Source of the DNA: a virus
Taxonomy: Duplodnaviria > Caudoviricetes
Virus record (IMG/VR): IMGVR_UViG_2775507133_000001
Coordinates: 24,278 to 88,277 of that record
Strand: one strand, 5' to 3'
DNA: 64,000 bases
The translations under genes and the position numbers were made by a program. The notes beneath the pieces are model-generated. The model searched no databases. It worked only from the letters and a program-made list of their open reading frames with translations, and was not told the DNA's origin. Shown in pieces: positions 36,381 to 45,338 of the stretch. How positions within the stretch are numbered: the stretch's first letter is position 1; every line of letters starts with the position of its first letter.

Positions 36381-37037
36381 TCAGCGGGTGAAGCGGTCGG
36401 CGTTCACGGCGATCCAGCAGGCCAGGGACAGGGCGGTCGCCGCGCACTCCTGGGCGAGAGGCAGACCGGCCGGGGCGGAGAACAGCTCGTCGAGGTACGT
36501 GCCGTCGCCCGCGTACAGGGACGCGGTCCACGGCTCGTCGTGCTGGTCGGCGGGGCGGGCCGCGTCCTCCCCGGAGTGCAGCAGGACCTTCGTCCCGGTG
36601 TGCGCGGCGGCTTCGGTGTCCGCCCGGTCGACGGCGACGAGGACGTAGGACACGCCGCCGTCCTCCGCGTGGAACGAGGGGAGTCCGAAGGCGGCCAGCG
36701 CGGCGCGCAGCTTGTCGCCTTCGGTGGGGCCGCTGTCGGCTGCGGCCTGGGCCGCTTCCCGGTACATGGCGCCCAGCTCGGTGCCGGTGGCGTCCGGTCC
36801 GGCGGCGAGGCCGGCCGTGATGAACGCGGCGCGCAGCCCGGTCAGGTCGTAGTCGCGGAGCCGGGTCATGACGCGCTCGGTCATGCCGAGGTGCGCCTCG
36901 CAGGAGGCGAGGCCGAGTCCGCTGGTGGCCTTCACGGTGCGGGTGGCCCGGGTCTCCCTGTCGAGGATCTGGCAGGCGATGCAGGGCATCGTGAACCAGC
37001 TCGGGGAGTCGTCGGTGCGGGTGGCGAACGTGATCAC
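36381..37037 (-). CDS. Hypothetical protein with array-shared domain C
   Basis: ORF track; AGGAG RBS. Confidence 0.7.
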   Translation of the reverse strand: MITFATRTDDSPSWFTMPCIACQILDRETRATRTVKATSGLGLASCEAHLGMTERVMTRLRDYDLTGLRAAFITAGLAAGPDATGTELGAMYREAAQAAADSGPTEGDKLRAALAAFGLPSFHAEDGGVSYVLVAVDRADTEAAAHTGTKVLLHSGEDAARPADQHDEPWTASLYAGDGTYLDELFSAPAGLPLAQECAATALSLACWIAVNADRFTR

Positions 37038-37060
37038 GGTTCTCTCCTGTTTGGGGCGGG

Positions 37061-37570
37061 TCAGCTGGTGGTGGGCGCGCTGCCGTGGCGGCGCAGGTCG
37101 GTGGCGACGGCCGCGGCGAGGCGGTCGTGCTGGCGGTGGAGCTTGATCAGGCCGGTGAACGCGGCAGCCATCACGTCGTCGTCGCGGGAGCTGAGGTGGC
37201 CCAGCTCGACGAGCGCGAGGCGGCGGGCGCGCAGGTCGCGGTCCGCGGCGGCGACCTGGTCGCGGCTGGTGGTGAGCGGCCGCATCGTCGGGAGGGCGCC
37301 GGTCACCGGGGCGGTGGCGTAGCCGAGGACCGCGACCGGGACCATGAAGTCGTCGCGGGTGAGCATCTCGGTCGCCTCGGCGAGGGCGTCGGCCGCTTCC
37401 TGGGGCAGCTGGCCGGGCTCGTCGACCGGGTACGCGGTCAGGGCTATCGCCGCGTCCTCGATGGCGCCGGCCAGGGCGTCGATCAGGTAGCGGTGCGGGT
37501 GGTAGGCGCGGCCGCGCACGACCCGGGCGAGGGTCATCAGGCGGCGGGTGGTCAGCAGGTATGCGGACAC
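37061..37570 (-). CDS. Hypothetical helical protein
   Basis: GAAGGAG RBS before GTG. Confidence 0.6.
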   Translation of the reverse strand: MSAYLLTTRRLMTLARVVRGRAYHPHRYLIDALAGAIEDAAIALTAYPVDEPGQLPQEAADALAEATEMLTRDDFMVPVAVLGYATAPVTGALPTMRPLTTSRDQVAAADRDLRARRLALVELGHLSSRDDDVMAAAFTGLIKLHRQHDRLAAAVATDLRRHGSAPTTS

Positions 37571-37590
37571 GGCGCGCTCTCCTTCCTGGG

Positions 37591-37935
37591 TTATGCGGCG
37601 GCTACGAGGTGGGCGGCCACGGAGTGGTAGCAGCGGACGGAGCGCAGGCCGGCCGGGCAGTTGCACTGGCCGGTAGCTGCGGTCCGGTACAGCTCGGTGC
37701 CGTCGTCGGAGACGACGAGGAAGATCCGGTTCTGGCGGAGCGGGACGATCGCACCGAGCTCCAGCAGCTCCATCGCCTTCGCGGTCTGCCACTTCGGGTG
37801 CGTGGTGTCGGTGCGCGCGGCGCGGCGCAGCTTGGCCCGGCATTTGGGGCCGTAGCCGTCGGGGGTCGGCTTGCGGAGCGGGCGGCGGCACTTGAGGCAT
37901 CTCCCGTGTTCGGTCGCCTTCGTGTGTGCGCGCAC
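37591..37935 (-). CDS. DUF6011-like plus SWIM zinc-finger protein
   Basis: GRCLKCRRPL...GYGPKC and CNCPAG...CYH. Confidence 0.75.
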   Translation of the reverse strand: MRAHTKATEHGRCLKCRRPLRKPTPDGYGPKCRAKLRRAARTDTTHPKWQTAKAMELLELGAIVPLRQNRIFLVVSDDGTELYRTAATGQCNCPAGLRSVRCYHSVAAHLVAAA

Positions 37936-37962
37936 GCCCGTTCCCCTTACTGGTTGGTGGTG

Positions 37963-38057
37963 GTTTGAACTACTTCCATCCTTTCCTGAATCGACTTTGC
38001 CTAGCCAGTTTAAATAAGCTGAGTAGGCAAAGGTTCAGTCAAGAAAACCGCAGGTCA
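37963..38057 (-). promoter_or_regulatory. Promoter/operator repeat, copy 9
   Basis: gtttgaactacttccatcctttcctgaatcgactttgcctagccagtttaaataagctgagtaggcaaag...gaaaaccgcaggtca. Confidence 0.88.
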
Positions 38058-38073
38058 CAGGGCCTGCGGCTGG

Positions 38074-38919
38074 CTACTGGCTGGCGGGGCGCACGCAGTC
38101 ATCGTGCCGGTGGCAGTTGCACCGCCCGCACCCGGCGCACATCATGTCGGCCTCCAGGTCGCAGAACCCGCAGCCGCCCGTCAGCTCCAGCTCCAGGTGC
38201 TCGACGATCTCCGCCCGGTCGCGCGGGTTCTTCGGGTCGAGCGGCCGCGTCGCCGGCCGCTGCCGGTGGGCGCGCACCCGGTCGGCGATGGCCCGGGCTG
38301 CCGCGGCCGAGTCCGCCGCGCAGTCGACGAGGCCGCCGTCGCCCGTGCTGAACACCGGGCCGCCGACGGGCTCGCCGTTATGGTCGTGCACGCACACCGT
38401 CCAGCCGGTGTGCGCCGACGGCATGCGATCGATCGACGGGCTGCGGTCCCCGACGCTCAGGTGCAGCCCGTCCCGCACCCGGTCCGGGGCCACACCGTCC
38501 TCGAGCGCGATGGCGTAGCTCATGCCGACGTCGTCCGTGTACGCGGTCAGGCCGTGGACGGCGAGCGCCTCCAAGAGCACCTGCCCGGCCGTGACGACCG
38601 GGTCGGCGAACCACTCGGCGACCGCCTTCGCGCACTGCACGGCCTCCAGGTCGAGGGCGCGCGGCACGGGCGTGGCGTACGCGGTGCCGGTCTGCGTGAA
38701 GTCGGGGCGGCCGTCGGGCTCCCAGGCGTCCGCCGAGAACTCCACGCTGTCGGGGGCGGTGCCGGTCCAGTCGATGACGATGTGCTCGCGGTCGAGGGCC
38801 TCGGCGGGGCTGACGGACGCCGGGTAGGCGACGATGAGCTGCTCGTCGTCGTGCCAGTGCCCGGCCATGCCGGCTTCGGTGAGCGCGGCGAACACCGTGG
38901 TGGACACCAGGTCGAACAT
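38074..38919 (-). CDS. Hypothetical protein with two copies of domain C and a Cys-rich tail
   Basis: MFDLVSTT...; tail CGFCD..CAGCGRCNCHRHDDC. Confidence 0.7.
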   Translation of the reverse strand: MFDLVSTTVFAALTEAGMAGHWHDDEQLIVAYPASVSPAEALDREHIVIDWTGTAPDSVEFSADAWEPDGRPDFTQTGTAYATPVPRALDLEAVQCAKAVAEWFADPVVTAGQVLLEALAVHGLTAYTDDVGMSYAIALEDGVAPDRVRDGLHLSVGDRSPSIDRMPSAHTGWTVCVHDHNGEPVGGPVFSTGDGGLVDCAADSAAAARAIADRVRAHRQRPATRPLDPKNPRDRAEIVEHLELELTGGCGFCDLEADMMCAGCGRCNCHRHDDCVRPASQ

Positions 38920-38966
38920 GGGCGATCCCTTCATGCGGTCGGGGAGGGGGCAGGGGTGGGGGCCGC

Positions 38967-39620
38967 TCACAGGGTGCGCTCGACGATCACGATGTCCCAC
39001 GCGGCGGTGGCGACGGGCACGGTGAACGTCCAGCGGCCCCGGTAGGTGCGGCGCCGGTCGTCCTCGCTGACGCCCTCGACGAGCGCCCACCACTCCGCGC
39101 TGTCCGCCTCGGGGAGGATCCGCACGCCGGTGTCGATGACGTGCAGGCGGGCGCCGAAGTGGCGCAGGATGTCGCCGGCCTCGACGAGCATCCGAGGGGT
39201 CTCGACGGGCACCGGCAGGCCCGCAGCGGTGCGGGCGGTCTCGGCTGCGGCCGGGTCGGCGAGCGCGTAGCCCAGCTCGATCGCGGTCTGCTCGGCGAGG
39301 TCGACGCTGCGGGTCCAGTAGCCCTCGGAGTAGTCGCGGGCGGGCTTGCCGAGGTTGCTGTACGGGTGGAACGCGCCGTGCTGCTCGGTGATGGCCACCG
39401 GCATGACGACGACGACGAACGCGACGACCTGCTCGGACTCGACGACCAGGATGTCTCCGTCGGCGGCCTGGTCGCGGTCCACGGCCGTACGGGCGTCGGC
39501 GCTGCTGGCGAAGCGCCACACCTTGGGCGGCTTGATGGCATCGGCCTGGGCGCGGGCGGTGTCGACGGCCTCGATGATCTGGCCGAGCTGTTCCGCCGCG
39601 CGGATGAGGTTGCTGCTCAC
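38967..39620 (-). CDS. Hypothetical protein, first gene of the array
   Basis: ORF track; AAGGAAGG RBS; contains DGDILVVESEQVV. Confidence 0.7.
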   Translation of the reverse strand: MSSNLIRAAEQLGQIIEAVDTARAQADAIKPPKVWRFASSADARTAVDRDQAADGDILVVESEQVVAFVVVVMPVAITEQHGAFHPYSNLGKPARDYSEGYWTRSVDLAEQTAIELGYALADPAAAETARTAAGLPVPVETPRMLVEAGDILRHFGARLHVIDTGVRILPEADSAEWWALVEGVSEDDRRRTYRGRWTFTVPVATAAWDIVIVERTL

Positions 39621-39649
39621 GGTCTGTCCTTCCTTGCCTGGTCTGTTGG

Positions 39650-39735
39650 GTTTTGGACTACTTCCATTCTTTCCTGAATCGACTTTGATTAGCCAGTTTT
39701 ACCAAGCCTGCTCAGTAAAGTATCGTTCAAAGATC
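39650..39735 (-). promoter_or_regulatory. Promoter/operator repeat, copy 10
   Basis: gttttggactacttccattctttcctgaatcgactttgattagccagttttaccaagcctgctcagtaaag. Confidence 0.82.
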
Positions 39736-39793
39736 GGCGCCGCCCTGCTGGTTCAACCGGTTTGCTTCAACCGCCTCGTGAAAGACTGACGCC

Positions 39794-40126
39794 ATGCCCA
39801 AGCCCAACTTCGGACCCCGCACCCTGCCCGAGTACAAGCCCAGCCAGGAGGTCCGCGACGCCCTCCGGGCCTGGCTCGAAGCCGTCGACCTGGAGGAGGA
39901 GCGGCGCAAGGCCGCACGCAAGGCCCTGGCCGACGACCTCAAGGCCGACCCCGACCTGCCGTTCGCGTCCATGGCGGCGCACCCGATCGTGCCGTGGTCG
40001 GAGGCGATGCTCCGCATCATCGGCGCGGAGTACGGCGTCCAGCCCCGCGTCCCGAACAAGGCGTGGAAGCGCAAGCCGGCCGAGGACACGCCTCCCAACA
40101 AGGGCACCGAGGCTGAGGGCAAGTAG
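39794..40126 (+). CDS. Small helical putative DNA-binding regulator, divergent from copy 10
   Basis: ORF track; helix pattern PFASMAA..PWSEAMLRII plus basic tail. Confidence 0.6.
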   Translation: MPKPNFGPRTLPEYKPSQEVRDALRAWLEAVDLEEERRKAARKALADDLKADPDLPFASMAAHPIVPWSEAMLRIIGAEYGVQPRVPNKAWKRKPAEDTPPNKGTEAEGK

Positions 40127-40137
40127 CGGGCAGCACG

Positions 40138-40168
40138 AAGGGCCGCACCCCGGCGGGGTGCGGCCCTT
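40138..40168. terminator. Hairpin between convergent genes
   Basis: aagggccgcacccc-ggc-ggggtgcggccctt. Confidence 0.75.
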
Positions 40169-40183
40169 AGTCGTTCCCCGGCG

Positions 40184-40438
40184 TCAGCCCAGCTTGATCA
40201 TCAGGCCGATCGCCAGGGCTAGGATGACCGCGACCGACAGCGCCCTCTCCCAGGGCTCCATGTCGCTCCAGCCCTTCGGCGCGTACTCGACCCGGATCAC
40301 CTCTTCACCGTCCGGGTGGTGCCCGCCGTGGAACAGGCGCCGGTGCTCGTGCCCCTCTGCGCGCGCGGCCGGCTTCGTCTCCATCGGCTCCGACGTCGTC
40401 CGGCACTGCGGACAGCGGTACGCGTACGGCCCGCCCAC
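40184..40438 (-). CDS. Small zinc-finger membrane protein
   Basis: YRCPQCRTTS...HRRLFHGG; C-terminal TM helix. Confidence 0.6.
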   Translation of the reverse strand: MGGPYAYRCPQCRTTSEPMETKPAARAEGHEHRRLFHGGHHPDGEEVIRVEYAPKGWSDMEPWERALSVAVILALAIGLMIKLG

Positions 40439-40557
40439 GGGCGCCCCCCTCACTCGCGTGTCGTCACCGCTCATGATGGAGGACTTGCCCCTCAGCTGGC
40501 TCACGATTCGGCCCCTTTCACACCTCGGACGGACTGTTCGAGCCACGCGCCGGCCGG

Positions 40558-41649
40558 TCACTGGACGTCGTCCAGGCGCTCGACTTTCCACGCGGACGGG
40601 CCGCGCTCGGGGTCGGCCACGGTCCGGTGGCCGCGCGCCACGTCCGCTTCCGTCCACCCGGCGGGGAGCTTGCGGCGGCGTCTCCACCCCCTCTCCAGGC
40701 GGCTCTCCGCTCGCTCTCCCCCCGGAGACTTTCGCACGTCAGAGCCACTCTCCGGGGGCGGAGAGTCCTCCTGGCCGCTTCCGGGGGAGGGGAGCGGGGG
40801 CAGCTCGTCGCGGTGCACTCCGGAGCGCCCCGCGACCCCTCCCGCGCGGAACGTGCGGGAGGGGTCGAAGCCAGCCTCGACGAGGACCTCCCGGAGCTGC
40901 TTGTCGCCGGCGTCGGCCAGGCCGGGGAGGCGCTCCCGCATGGCCGGTCGGAGGACCTGCAAATGCACCCCGTTGTCGTCGCCGATCAGCTCCCGGATGA
41001 GGGCAGTCAGCGGGGGCTCCGCGAGGTCCTGGCCGTCGGCCTCCTGGGGGGCCGTCGCCGGGGCCTGGCGCAGCAGTCGGGCCAGGCCCTTCCTGCGCCC
41101 GGCCGGGGCCGCTTCCGGGCCCTTCTGCGAGGCCTGTCCGGTCCCCTGCGGCTCGGCCTTGCCGAGGAGCCGGTCGAACATGCCCGCGCCGGTCATGACC
41201 GAGCCCTGGAACCACCCCCACGCGAGGGGGATCCACGCGGCGGCGCCGTAGTCGGCGATCGTGTGGACGGCGCCCGCGACGACGAGGACCACTCCCCCGA
41301 GCCGGGCGGGCAGCGAGAGCTTCTCGCCGTGGCTGCCGTCGAGCCAGCCCCACAGCAGGCGGGCGAGGGTCCGGTTGCCGGTGCCGAACGCCCGCGCGAC
41401 GCGTGCGATGCCGCGGGGGGTGCGACGCGCAACGCGTGCGATGCCGCGCAGGGTGCGACGCGCGACGCTGGCCGCTGGCTGGCGGCTGGCTGCGATGCCC
41501 TGGCGTGCGAGGCCTGCAACGGCCTTGGGGTCGGCGTACGGCCGCAGGTCCGGCAGGGCGAGGGCCCGCTGCTTCACGGGCCGCTCCCCCGGCTCGGGCT
41601 GCTCCCCCGCTGCGACGGGCGCGTTGCGCTCGGGGACGTCGGTGGTCAT
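40558..41649 (-). CDS. Membrane protein with C-terminal HTH-like region (Spd-like cluster)
   Basis: ATGA overlap; TM segments; IGDDNGVHL...GVHRDELP. Confidence 0.6.
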   Translation of the reverse strand: MTTDVPERNAPVAAGEQPEPGERPVKQRALALPDLRPYADPKAVAGLARQGIAASRQPAASVARRTLRGIARVARRTPRGIARVARAFGTGNRTLARLLWGWLDGSHGEKLSLPARLGGVVLVVAGAVHTIADYGAAAWIPLAWGWFQGSVMTGAGMFDRLLGKAEPQGTGQASQKGPEAAPAGRRKGLARLLRQAPATAPQEADGQDLAEPPLTALIRELIGDDNGVHLQVLRPAMRERLPGLADAGDKQLREVLVEAGFDPSRTFRAGGVAGRSGVHRDELPPLPSPGSGQEDSPPPESGSDVRKSPGGERAESRLERGWRRRRKLPAGWTEADVARGHRTVADPERGPSAWKVERLDDVQ

Positions 41650-42068
41650 CCGCCCGCCAGGTGCACTGCGATGGCGTGGATGCGCTGGGCGAGGGTGCCG
41701 AAGCCTCCGCCTGCGCCGGCCATGATGTGGACGAGGATGATGCCGATCACGGCAACCTGCCTGCGGGTGAGGCCCACCCAGATCAGCACCGCCAGGAACA
41801 GCAGGGCGATGCCCGACAGGGTCACGCCGGGAACCACGGCGGTGGCCAGGCCGACCATGTCGCCCATGATGAGCTTGGGCACCACGTTGAAGGGCCAGCC
41901 CGCGGCCGTGTACGAGGCCCCGGCGAGCATGCTGAGGCCGAGCGTCCACCACCAGCCGAGCGGCTTGCCCTTGGCTTCGGGGTCCCTCTTCCTAGTGCCG
42001 AGGATCAGCACGGCGGTGATCACGAGGGCGAAGGAGACGATCCCGATCGGAGGGATCAGGGAGTTCAC
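41646..42068 (-). CDS. Multi-pass membrane protein
   Basis: AAAGGA RBS; about four hydrophobic helices. Confidence 0.7.
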   Translation of the reverse strand: MNSLIPPIGIVSFALVITAVLILGTRKRDPEAKGKPLGWWWTLGLSMLAGASYTAAGWPFNVVPKLIMGDMVGLATAVVPGVTLSGIALLFLAVLIWVGLTRRQVAVIGIILVHIMAGAGGGFGTLAQRIHAIAVHLAGG

Positions 42069-42082
42069 GGGCTGTCCTTTGC

Positions 42083-42898
42083 TCAGGTCTGGATGGGGTT
42101 GCCGTACAGCAGGGCGCCGATGGCGATGCAGACGGTCAGGCCGCGGGTGGCCCACGCGATGAGGAACCAGGAGCGGCGGGTGGCGCGGTCGAGGCCGACC
42201 GCGACGGCGGCTGCAACGGCCCAGAAGTAGACGTCGGGGCTGTTGCGCCACGTGCCTTCGTGCTGCGCGACGCTGGCCGTGACGTCGGTGAAGAACTGCG
42301 GGATGCCGAAGAACCAGCCGGCCGCGAGGCCGCTGCCCGCGTACAGCGCCCACTTCTTGTGAGGGGGGATCGCGCCGACCAGCTCGGCCAGGGAGCGCTT
42401 CTCGGGGCGGACGAACGGGGTCGCGGTGGCGAACCGGGGCCGGGTGGGCTCGCGGTCCGGGCGGCGCAGCCGCGTGGCCCACTTCCGGTGCGGCCTCTCC
42501 CCCACCGTCTCGTCGTCGGTGTCGGCCTCGTCGGCGTCGGGCTCGTCGTCGGTCTTCTCGACGAGGTTCAGGCGCGGCGCGGCGGGCTGGTCCGCCGGGG
42601 CGTCGCCAGGGGCGGGCTGCGGAGCGGCCGGGGCCGCGGGGGCGGCGGGCGGCTCGCCGAGCGGGGGCTTGTCCTGCCGCCACCATTCCGGGAGACGGTC
42701 CCCCGGGTGCGGCCCGGGTGCGGGCGCGGGGATGGTCGGGGGGTGAGCGGGGCGGGGCGGGATCGCCACGGCGGGCACCGGCGCGGGGGCGCGCTGGGGC
42801 TCGTCCTCGGCGGCGTGGCCGGCGGGACGGGCGCCGAGCCTGCGGAGCGCCGCGCGGACCGCCGTCTCGCCCTTGTCGAGGTCGGGCTGGTCGATCAT
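42083..42898 (-). CDS. Pro-rich membrane protein
   Basis: AGGAAGG RBS; C-terminal TM helices ending GALLYG. Confidence 0.65.
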   Translation of the reverse strand: MIDQPDLDKGETAVRAALRRLGARPAGHAAEDEPQRAPAPVPAVAIPPRPAHPPTIPAPAPGPHPGDRLPEWWRQDKPPLGEPPAAPAAPAAPQPAPGDAPADQPAAPRLNLVEKTDDEPDADEADTDDETVGERPHRKWATRLRRPDREPTRPRFATATPFVRPEKRSLAELVGAIPPHKKWALYAGSGLAAGWFFGIPQFFTDVTASVAQHEGTWRNSPDVYFWAVAAAVAVGLDRATRRSWFLIAWATRGLTVCIAIGALLYGNPIQT

Positions 42899-42974
42899 CG
42901 CGGGTCTGCCTTCCTGGCGCGACGGGTGTTGCGTTGCGCGTTGCAACACCCGTCGCACCGCTGGTCAGGGCGTT

Positions 42975-44054
42975 TCAGTCGAGTTCTGCGACGTCGTTGG
43001 GGTGGAAGTGGAGGCGGCCGTCGTCGTCGCGGCGGGCCGGGGTGAGCTTGTTGCGGTGCACCCACGAGCGGACGGTGCCGGGCGTGACGCCCTTCTGCCG
43101 TGCGACCTCTTGGGCGGTGAGGAGCCGCATGTTCTCGTCGGTCGCGACGACGCGCAGTGCGTCGTCGACGGCCGAGGCGAGTTCGGGCGTGATGGCCTTC
43201 TGCACGACCGCGGCGGGCCGCATCGGGCCCTGGGGTGCGGCCGGGGTGGCGGGCTCCTCGAACAGGCGCAACGCGTCGTCGGAGTGTGCGTCGAGCACGA
43301 ACTGCTCCCGCGCGGGCATCGCGTCCAGGGCGGGCGTCGCCTCGGGTTGCTGCGGCGGTGCGGGCAGCTCGGGCGCGGTGGCCGGGGCGTCGCCGTACAT
43401 CGCGTCGAGGACGCCGGCGGCGCCCCGCACAACGCGCTCGTCGTGCACTGCGATGAGCTGCGCGGCGGCCGTCGCAGTGGTCGGCCGCAGGGTGCGCTCG
43501 AGGCGCCACACCGCTGCCTGGTGCCACCACTTCGCGCGGGTCGAGGCGTGGTGCCGGGCGAGCGACCCGTGCCAGCTGATCTTGTGCAGCGTTGCGGCGT
43601 CGCGCATCGCGCGACGCTCGTTGCGGCGTTGCGCGTCGGCGTCGACGCCGGTGCGGTACTGGAACAGGCGGCGCGCGATGAGGGCGAGGCCCTCGGCGGC
43701 GAACGTCATCGACAGCGGGGTCACGGCGAACACCGCCGACTCGGCCCCGTTGCGGGCGACGTACGCGCCCGTTGCGGCCGCGGCGGCGGGCACGAGCCAG
43801 ACACCCGCGCGCACCAGGTGCGGGGTCGCCTGGCCGAGCATGGTCAGCGCGACCATGACGACGGCGAGCGTGACCGCGCCGCCCTCACCGAAGGCGATCA
43901 CGCCGAACGCGGCCGTCTTCCGGTGGAACACCGCGGTGATGTTGCCGTAGGTGCTCCACGCGCCGAGCACGCCGGCCACGACCATGGGCACGGCGGCCAG
44001 GGCGAGAACAGCGCTCTGGCCTCTCGTAAGGTCGCGCACTTCGGGCTCGCACAT
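42975..44054 (-). CDS. SpdB/DUF2637-like membrane protein with C-terminal HTH
   Basis: About four TM helices, coiled region, LLTAQEVARQKGVTPGTVRSWVHRNKL. Confidence 0.65.
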   Translation of the reverse strand: MCEPEVRDLTRGQSAVLALAAVPMVVAGVLGAWSTYGNITAVFHRKTAAFGVIAFGEGGAVTLAVVMVALTMLGQATPHLVRAGVWLVPAAAAATGAYVARNGAESAVFAVTPLSMTFAAEGLALIARRLFQYRTGVDADAQRRNERRAMRDAATLHKISWHGSLARHHASTRAKWWHQAAVWRLERTLRPTTATAAAQLIAVHDERVVRGAAGVLDAMYGDAPATAPELPAPPQQPEATPALDAMPAREQFVLDAHSDDALRLFEEPATPAAPQGPMRPAAVVQKAITPELASAVDDALRVVATDENMRLLTAQEVARQKGVTPGTVRSWVHRNKLTPARRDDDGRLHFHPNDVAELD

Positions 44055-44118
44055 GGGTCTGCTCCTTCGGCAGTTACGGGGGCCGGGCCCCGGCGGGGCC
44101 CGGCCACGTGTTCGGCGA

Positions 44119-44298
44119 TCAGCGCCAGCGCCGGGCTCGACTCCGCTCGTCGACGTCGTGCTGCTGCTGCGGCTCGCCGGCGACGGGCTTCCCGTCGTCC
44201 TTGACCCAGCCGCCTTGCGACGCCTTGTAGGTGGTCTCGTGACCCCGCAGCCGCGGGTCGTCCGGGCTGATCGGCTTGGTGAATCCGAGCTTCTTCAT
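44119..44298 (-). CDS. Small hypothetical protein
   Basis: MKKLGFTKPISPDDPRLRGHET..., TGATG overlap. Confidence 0.55.
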   Translation of the reverse strand: MKKLGFTKPISPDDPRLRGHETTYKASQGGWVKDDGKPVAGEPQQQHDVDERSRARRWR

Positions 44299-44468
44299 CA
44301 GCGGCCACCGCCAGCCGCGATCTTGGCGAGGCCCAGCTGCACGGCGGCGTCGCCGCGCGCGCGGGTCTCCTCGGCCGGGGTGCGCCGGTCCTGCTGGCAG
44401 GCGGCGACCGTCGCGGGCTCCGACGCCACCTTGTTCGGCGTGCTCGTGCTGATCTGGCGGGGGCTCAT
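44298..44468 (-). CDS. Small hypothetical protein
   Basis: MSPRQIST..., ATGA overlap. Confidence 0.5.
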   Translation of the reverse strand: MSPRQISTSTPNKVASEPATVAACQQDRRTPAEETRARGDAAVQLGLAKIAAGGGR

Positions 44469-44752
44469 CCGCGCACCGCCTTCACCGCGCGCGCCGCGTA
44501 TCCGGCGGCCGTGTCACCGGCCTGGACGTCGGGGAACAGGTCCAGCACCTCGGCGTAGAACACCGCGCCCTGCGCCTCGGTCCGCTCCCGCACGAACGCG
44601 GCGAGTTCCGCCTCGCTGTACGGGGCTCCGCTCGCGCGGCGCTGCAACTCGCCGGCCAGCTCGGCCGCCTTGGCGTGGATCTCGTCGCTGACCTGCCCGG
44701 ACCCGGCCGGTTCCTCTTCGCGGGCGCGGGGCGCCCCACTACTCTTGCTCAC
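44465..44752 (-). CDS. Hypothetical protein
   Basis: ORF track; AGGAG RBS. Confidence 0.55.
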   Translation of the reverse strand: MSKSSGAPRAREEEPAGSGQVSDEIHAKAAELAGELQRRASGAPYSEAELAAFVRERTEAQGAVFYAEVLDLFPDVQAGDTAAGYAARAVKAVRG

Positions 44753-44915
44753 GTTCGCACTCCTGGTAGCTCAGGTGGGCGACCGGCGCCGGGCGGCCTT
44801 CCACAACACGCCCGGCGCCGTTCTTTGTTGACGCACGGCACCGGCGGTGCCGCTTGCCTCGACTTTATGGGACCCCATAAAGTCAGCGCAAGCGGCTACC
44901 CGCGAAGGGAGCGGG

Positions 44916-45251
44916 ATGGCTGAGGAACGGGACAGCACGGAGGAGGCACGGCGGGTGGCTGACGCACTGCGTGCCATCGAAGAGATGGACGACCCGGACC
45001 GGCAGGCGAGAGCGATCACCGAGGTCTTGCGGGTCCAGGTGGACAGCGCGCCGACCTTGAAGGAGTTGCGCCGCGCCTGGGTGCTGGGGAAGCGGGCCGA
45101 GAAGGTCACCTACAAGGTGATCGCCGAGACGCTCGGGGTGTCGATCTCCACCGTGCAGGACATCGAACGCGGCTACTCCGGGTCCGGGAAGAACCGGCCG
45201 CGCACGGGGAGGCGGAAGCGGGCAGCGAGCGACGGAGACGGCGAAGCCTGA
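44916..45251 (+). CDS. HTH regulator divergent from the Spd-like cluster
   Basis: LKELRR...VTYKVIAETLGVSISTVQDIERG. Confidence 0.8.
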   Translation: MAEERDSTEEARRVADALRAIEEMDDPDRQARAITEVLRVQVDSAPTLKELRRAWVLGKRAEKVTYKVIAETLGVSISTVQDIERGYSGSGKNRPRTGRRKRAASDGDGEA

Positions 45252-45338
45252 AACCGCGCGCCGGTCGCAACTCGTCGTGTTCTTCGGTCGTTGATCAGCC
45301 CGACCCGACCACGCTTCGTCCACCCAGGAGTCATGACC

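Noticed and set aside
20890-39735. Repeat array as a CRISPR array
   Set aside because: Repeats are ~95 bp, degenerate and separated by whole genes (0.8-3.6 kb); no cas genes are present.
41395-41470. Tandem GCGTGCGATGCCGCG repeat
   Set aside because: Explained by a short coding duplication (RGIARVARRT) within a membrane protein.
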